From Candidatus Obscuribacteraceae bacterium (GTDB lineage Bacteria > Cyanobacteriota > Vampirovibrionia > Obscuribacterales > Obscuribacteraceae): a stretch of 64,000 bases of DNA. Both the position numbers and the translations under genes were made by a program. Of the stretch, positions 58,577 through 64,000 are shown piece by piece; position 1 is the stretch's first letter; every line of letters begins with the position of its first letter. A model generated the notes under the pieces. The model saw nothing but the letters and a program-made list of their open reading frames with translations, had not been told where the DNA came from and did not search any database. The stretch covers positions 433,827 to 497,826 of the forward strand of contig JBGASG010000004.1 of NCBI GenBank assembly GCA_044229845.1, read 5' to 3'.

Positions 58577-59692
58577 TTATTTTGGCTTCGTCGAAGCCGA
58601 CTCGCGCCCACTTTCGTTGGCGTTGAACCGGCTCATAGGGACATCCTTATCCAGTAGCGGCACCAGATAGCGGCTGTCGATCGGCGATGCTTTGCCGAAC
58701 CCGCCTTCAAAGTCGTAGCGGGTAGAAACGCCCGAGGGCGTGATCGTGTCAATCTGCGTGATGCTGCCGTTGCTTTGCACGCGCATCCGCTCGATGGTGC
58801 CACTGGCGTCGATCAGGTCGATAGACTTGATTCTTTGATCGCTCGTCAGCGTGATCTCGGTAGTCAGCCTGCCGTCGGTGTAAATGCCGACGCGCCTGAC
58901 AAAGATCTTGTTGGGATTGGGCTGTCCGCTTTCCGGATCCCAGTTATGGAGCGCCTCGTAGGCAAACCACTGTTCGAAGTCCGGACGTCCGTCCGCTTGA
59001 AAGTAAACGACCCGGATGAACGGTCGAAAGTAGTTTTGCCGGTACATTTCAGCACCGACCGGCGCTCCGGTCTCCGGATCGCTGAGTTGCAGAAAGAGGC
59101 GCAGGCGTCCTGTTTCGTCATACGATTTGCGCATGACCAAAAGGTCGTCCTGGTACTCGGTTTCCTGCCAGCGACTGCCGTCGACGCGGTAGAAAGTCGA
59201 TTGACTGATCTTTGATTGGCGTTCGTATCCGCGCTCAAGAAAAACCTGTCCGCCGGGCCAGAAGACCAGGGTGACGGTTTTGCTTTGGTCGGAAGAGAGC
59301 GCCGTAGTCCAGATGGGCGTGCGATCGCTGCGGTATTCATAACCGGAGATCAGCACGCCGTCGGCGTCGTATACAGCGTCCTTGCGATCGGTGCCGTCCG
59401 GAAAAGCGCGGTGCTCGTGCACCGTTTTTCCATGCGAACCGAGCTTGAGGAAACCATCAGAGCCGTCCTTGTATTTGATGCGCACCTCCGTCTCCGCGCC
59501 GGCAGCATTCAAAATATGAATCCGGTAGGACTCTTCAGATGAAGACGGCATGGGCTCGGTGTAGGAGGTGGGCGCTTGGGGAATATCGGATTTCGCGGTC
59601 TCGACGGTAATCGGTCGATGCATGAAAAACCCGATGGAAACTACGAGAGATACGCCCGCCAGGGAATATCCAAGAATCGATTGCAGGTTCAT
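58577..59692 (-). CDS. Membrane-anchored MORN/YwqK-like beta-repeat protein (paralog 3)
   Basis: GAGGAG RBS; TM; GYEYRSDRTPIW, FWPGG, FYRVDGSRW match paralogs 1 and 2. Confidence 0.72.
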   Translation of the reverse strand: MNLQSILGYSLAGVSLVVSIGFFMHRPITVETAKSDIPQAPTSYTEPMPSSSEESYRIHILNAAGAETEVRIKYKDGSDGFLKLGSHGKTVHEHRAFPDGTDRKDAVYDADGVLISGYEYRSDRTPIWTTALSSDQSKTVTLVFWPGGQVFLERGYERQSKISQSTFYRVDGSRWQETEYQDDLLVMRKSYDETGRLRLFLQLSDPETGAPVGAEMYRQNYFRPFIRVVYFQADGRPDFEQWFAYEALHNWDPESGQPNPNKIFVRRVGIYTDGRLTTEITLTSDQRIKSIDLIDASGTIERMRVQSNGSITQIDTITPSGVSTRYDFEGGFGKASPIDSRYLVPLLDKDVPMSRFNANESGRESASTKPK

Positions 59693-61030
59693 GGGCAATC
59701 TCCTCAGGTTCAGGTTGAAGATTCGGCAGAAACAGGGGCGCCAGTCGTCTTCGCCTTCCACACACTTAGCGCAACGCGCTAAAGAGCGACGCGAAAAGGT
59801 GTGAGGCAGTCGCTGCCGGAGGCAGCTGGCTGGGGCGGCGAAAAGCTTGATGGGGACGGTGGCTTGAGTGCAGTGAACCCTGTTTCGAAAGAATCGATTT
59901 GTTTGCTTTTTCAACCTATTCCCGCGCCGGCCGCAGACCTAGTTATAGCGAGATAATCTAGTGCCGCCGCGAGAACCGGATGGAAAGCCGCAAATAGGCA
60001 TCATCAGCGGAATTGCTAAGGAATTGTGATCGCAACCTAGCACACCACTGGATAGTTGTATCGACCAGAAGTTTTCTCTTTGACCTATCCACATTGGCGC
60101 AGCTCGCAGGCAGGGCCCGCACCACCTATAGTGGCGATGTCGCCTGGCGGTGATTGCCGATATCCGGTGCCGTGAGAGCGTTTAGGGTTTCGCGATTGAT
60201 TCAGTCGGCAGCAGTTTTTCGTTGCGCTCTCATCCTGACTGTCACGCGAGTCGTTAAGCAGCTGGAAATTGGTCAGGCTAACCTCGTAACAACTTATAAA
60301 GCAGCATTACCAATTGTAAAGCGCAAAGACATCATAAGCGCCACCGCCGGCGACATTAAAGTGGTAAGGCGTATTTTGCCAAAATAGATAAAATCGTATT
60401 ACCAGTGGGGTAATCACGATTGCCCGTCGCCGGACCCCACCTTACCATGCACTCATCTCCCCAGTTCGTCCAGAGAGGTCGCTCCCATGACATGTTTATT
60501 CTGGCGATTCTGGCGAACTGGAGAATTGCTCCGTCTGTCGAGCTTATCGATGACGAACATGCTCGCTTTACCCTGGTGCGGCGCCGGCAGGGAGACTCGA
60601 ACCCAGCCGTCTCACTGACTACAGGCGTCTGCCGCCACCGTCAGGAAGTGAAGTCGACCGCAAAGCAGCACGAATAGATTTGGACTGAACACACCAACCC
60701 GCAGCCGGAAAGACTCGCCCATCTTTCCGGCTGTTTCCTTTGCATGCCTTCTTCGTTTCTTGCCGGCGGCCGGAGAAAGGTGTTGCACCGTACCACTGAG
60801 AAAAGTGCGCCAGGTGGGGTTTCTTCATGGTTGTAAATAGGAATTGTGCGGACCTCGCGGCCCCTGGTAGAACGAAGACCTGGCGCTCTCACGTTCAAAC
60901 AGGAATTTCTCCTGCACGGACAACCTCCGAAATTGAATTTCCGTCGGTCACAACAAGCTCAAAAGTCGCTGTTCAGCGATGCGGACCCGACTGCCGAGAG
61001 CGCGCTCTCCAGCTGGAAGGACATCTGAAG

Positions 61031-61549
61031 ATGGCTGCTATCTCTGAGGAAGCAATTGTGCACGCGATCGTTGCCCACCTCAAAAAGCGCGTACAGGCTA
61101 TCGATGTTGCTTACTACTCAGCCCTGGGACAGAGGGTAGACAGAGAAAAGGTCACCCATGTGCGAATCGATGCGCACATCTATCTAGAGCAAGCGAAAAC
61201 ACTAATCGAGGTCAACTCGATCAACCAACTGCTTGACTGCATCGACCCGATCCCGAACATGTTCAAGCACTTTGTCGTGGCCCGCCGATTGTCAGCTCGC
61301 AGTCCAGTGTTTGCGCTGGCAGAGATGCTGCTGACCCGATACTTCGATCAGCAAAACGGCGACGACGCTAGTGGGGACCCCATGCAGTCCGTCGACCCGG
61401 CGCACATGATGATCGACTTTGCCGACCAGGTGGTGCGCGCCGCCGAAACGCTGGTGGGGAGAGCGACGGAACTGCTCAAACCTAAAGGTTCACGCGCCGC
61501 GATGCGCCGAGCACTACAAGCCCTGCGCAACGCCTTCAGACCAGCCTGA
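61031..61549 (+). CDS. Hypothetical protein
   Basis: GGAAGGA upstream of MAAISEE; start uncertain. Confidence 0.55.
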   Translation: MAAISEEAIVHAIVAHLKKRVQAIDVAYYSALGQRVDREKVTHVRIDAHIYLEQAKTLIEVNSINQLLDCIDPIPNMFKHFVVARRLSARSPVFALAEMLLTRYFDQQNGDDASGDPMQSVDPAHMMIDFADQVVRAAETLVGRATELLKPKGSRAAMRRALQALRNAFRPA

Positions 61550-61618
61550 TTTTCCTGCGGCAGGTGGCACCATAACTGGTGCCCCTGCACGCTCGCGAAC
61601 TTTTTCTTTCACCCCGCA

Positions 61619-61635
61619 TACTACCTCACTTAGTA
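61619..61635. other. ACTA-N7-TAGT family site
   Basis: TACTA CCTCACT TAGTA, upstream of dinB. Confidence 0.75.
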
Positions 61636-61659
61636 CGCCCAGGGGAAGAAACTCCGCGG

Positions 61660-62817
61660 TTGCCTGCCGCGATCGGAAACGCTATCTTTTTCCAAGCGCA
61701 GGCGCATCGGAAAAAAGCCATCCAGGACAATCAAACCCCACCAGCGGTACGCAAGATCATCCACGTAGATATGGATGCCTTTTACGCATCGGTTGAATGT
61801 CGCGACGAGCCCAGCTACCGGGGCAAACCGCTCGTGGTGGGCGGCATGCCCGAAGAGCGCGGCGTGGTCTGCACAGCCAGCTACGAAGCGCGCCAGTACG
61901 GCATCCATTCGGCCATGCCGGCGCGCCTGGCGGCGCAGAAGTGCCCGCATCTGATTTTTGTCCGCCCGCGCTTCCACGTATACAAAGAAGTGTCCGACCA
62001 GATTCGCGAGATATTCCTTGAATATACCGATCTCATGGAACCACTCTCGCTAGATGAAGCTTATCTGGACGTCACCGAAAACAAGAAAGGCATGCCGTCG
62101 GCATCACTTCTGGCCAAAGAGCTGCAAGACCGCATTTATGAAACCACTGCTTTGACGGCATCGGCGGGAGTTTCCTGCAACAAGTTTCTGGCCAAAACCG
62201 CTTCCGGATACCGCAAGCCCGCCGGTCTGTATCTGATACCACCGGCGGCGGCAGAGTCGTTTGTGGCGGAACTGGCAATCGACAGATTCTACGGCATCGG
62301 ACCGGTGACCGCCGAGAAGATGCGCGCCCTGGGCGTACACAACGGCGCCGACCTGCGCCATTGGAGCGAAGCCGACTTGATCAAAAACTTCGGCAAAGCC
62401 GGTTCCTATTACTATCAGATTGCCCGCGGCATCGATGATCGACCGGTGGAACCCAATCGCATCAGAAAATCACTGGGCGCTGAAGAGAGTTTCGCGCGCG
62501 ATCTTATTGATGTTTCTTCCATGCTGAATGCGCTGCAAGAGATCGCAGCCACGCTGGAGAGGCGCATGCTGGCTAACAATGCGGCGGGCAAAACTCTCAC
62601 GCTGAAAGTCAAATATGCCGACTATGTGCAGGTGACACGCTCACGTACATTGACTATTTCTATTGCGAAAGCTGACGAAATGTTGCCGATTGCTGCGGAA
62701 TTGTTGCGCACCACCGAAGTTGAACAAAGACACGCAAGGCTCTTGGGGCTTGCGATTACGCAATTGGATGGCGAGAAGGATACAGATTTTCTGCAACTGA
62801 CCTTGGAATTCTCCTGA
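61660..62817 (+). CDS. dinB: DNA polymerase IV
   Basis: RKIIHVDMDAFYASVE, SYEARQYG, SLDEAYLD, NKFLAK; start uncertain (TTG at 61660 chosen). Confidence 0.95.
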   Translation: MPAAIGNAIFFQAQAHRKKAIQDNQTPPAVRKIIHVDMDAFYASVECRDEPSYRGKPLVVGGMPEERGVVCTASYEARQYGIHSAMPARLAAQKCPHLIFVRPRFHVYKEVSDQIREIFLEYTDLMEPLSLDEAYLDVTENKKGMPSASLLAKELQDRIYETTALTASAGVSCNKFLAKTASGYRKPAGLYLIPPAAAESFVAELAIDRFYGIGPVTAEKMRALGVHNGADLRHWSEADLIKNFGKAGSYYYQIARGIDDRPVEPNRIRKSLGAEESFARDLIDVSSMLNALQEIAATLERRMLANNAAGKTLTLKVKYADYVQVTRSRTLTISIAKADEMLPIAAELLRTTEVEQRHARLLGLAITQLDGEKDTDFLQLTLEFS

Positions 62818-63012
62818 CTTTTTCACGCACCAGCTATAGTGAAAATACAGTTGGCTACTAACGAGTTGCGGGGATAGTCTCAGACCGCTCTCGTAGAACC
62901 CGCATGACCGCAGCGTTTTAGCAAGCGCTTGGCGCCGCCGTGCGCGCGTTCATACATACACGCATAAATTTGGTGTTGGACTTGTCGTGCCCAACCAGGG
63001 CAGGGAGAACCC

Positions 63013-63570
63013 ATGAAGATTGATTTGCCTTACTTGCCCCTGTCGGGCGCCATGTTGAATTTCGGCATCGGAAGATGCGCCACCGGCTGGATGATTGAAG
63101 AACTTGTCGGACATCGCCAGTTCATGAAACACTGCCTGTCCGCCGGTAACACCACGCAACCGGTGTCGCTGCTGGCCTTCATCGCCGTGCGGGCGCCCTA
63201 CGTCGACCTGGTCAACGACATAAATCACATTGTTTGCTGCAACGACGCCGGCGCCAAGAATCCGGTTTATTTCTCGACCGCCTTCCGCATGCTGCCTGAC
63301 TTGCTCGAGAAACACCGGGAGTACTTCGAGTGCATATCGAGCCCGGTGCGCGTCCTGGCCACCATAGCCAAGATCCAGGGCATCATCGACCGCAGCGAGC
63401 CGGATGGCGGTGAACTGGACGCGTTTCGCGGGCGGCTCTGCTTCAAGCAGTGCAAGCTCTTCGCACCGGCGGTGCCGATCTGTCAGAAAAAACCACCGGC
63501 GTTCAAGATACTGCGCAAGCTGGCTCTCTCCCGGGTCAGCCGTGCGCTATCTTCCCATCAGCAGCAGTAA
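63013..63570 (+). CDS. Hypothetical protein
   Basis: GGGAG RBS, 185 aa. Confidence 0.55.
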   Translation: MKIDLPYLPLSGAMLNFGIGRCATGWMIEELVGHRQFMKHCLSAGNTTQPVSLLAFIAVRAPYVDLVNDINHIVCCNDAGAKNPVYFSTAFRMLPDLLEKHREYFECISSPVRVLATIAKIQGIIDRSEPDGGELDAFRGRLCFKQCKLFAPAVPICQKKPPAFKILRKLALSRVSRALSSHQQQ

Positions 63571-63829
63571 TTCCGGTAACCAAGCAAGTTTGATTTGGCG
63601 CACGAAAAGCGGCCCCGCTGCCACCACTAACGGTGACAGCGGGCGTCCGCTTGAGTAAGAAACCGCACAATCAGCCCGCCGGCCCGGAGCTGGGCCGAAT
63701 CTCTATCTACTGTCCATGCTCCGGGCCGGAGTCGTCTTTTTAGCTCATTTGCTGGACGTTGCCGGCCCAGTAGCGGGCCACACGACCTGCCCGCAATTCC
63801 TTCTTATGTCGAGGCGACATCGTCGTATA

Positions 63830-63846
63830 TACTATCACTTCTAGTA
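63830..63846. other. ACTA-N7-TAGT family site
   Basis: TACTA TCACTTC TAGTA. Confidence 0.75.
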
Positions 63847-64000
63847 TTTACCCAACAAAACCGGCCTATCGGCGCAGTTCAGCATAGGTCACAGGAAGCC
63901 CAAGGGCACACGCTTTCAGGAGACTAAGGTACACGGGTTCTTTGGAGTTTCGCCGGTTGAATCGGAACGTGAATTCGTCCAGGAATGGCTGCAGATAACG

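Noticed and set aside
60574..60606. tRNA 3'-end-like sequence (TGGTGCGG..GACTCGAACCC)
   Set aside because: The T-stem does not pair and no cloverleaf can be built
61579..61659. N-terminal extension of DinB
   Set aside because: It overlaps a T-tract and the palindromic site and has no RBS; probably non-coding

Overview
GC-rich (roughly 60% by eye) bacterial chromosomal segment with no rRNA, tRNA, CRISPR-cas, transposase or integrase that I can support. A few genes suggest, by inference only, a Melainabacteria/Obscuribacterales-like host: a PAS histidine kinase, a TPR + TonB-C pair, S41 peptidases and dinB. Most of the window is a patchwork of short, co-oriented gene blocks: a PlsC x2 + acyl-CoA dehydrogenase lipid block, a long run of small ORFans, a GH63-like hydrolase, an MpaB-family protein, a GH30-ABC-GH1-CYTH block, MORN-like membrane paralogs, tldD/tldE, and a MoxR-DUF58-VWA (MxaRSACKL-like) operon. 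The most striking unexplained signal is a palindrome, WAC(T/G)A-N7-T(A/C)RTW, with core ACTA-N7-TAGT. I found it 11 times, always just downstream of the 3' end of a gene block and six times between convergent genes. That placement fits a recombination or boundary site better than a classical operator. A second conserved motif sits about 140-170 bp upstream of several blocks. Other notable non-coding features are an 8-unit, 52-bp-period palindromic array followed directly by an irregular G-rich GGRT(GC)n tract (44.7-45.4 kb), and a 153-bp MITE-like inverted-repeat element. Two stand-alone mini-genes look like fragments of larger proteins: a MoxR lid domain and a ClpP-C-terminus-like peptide.
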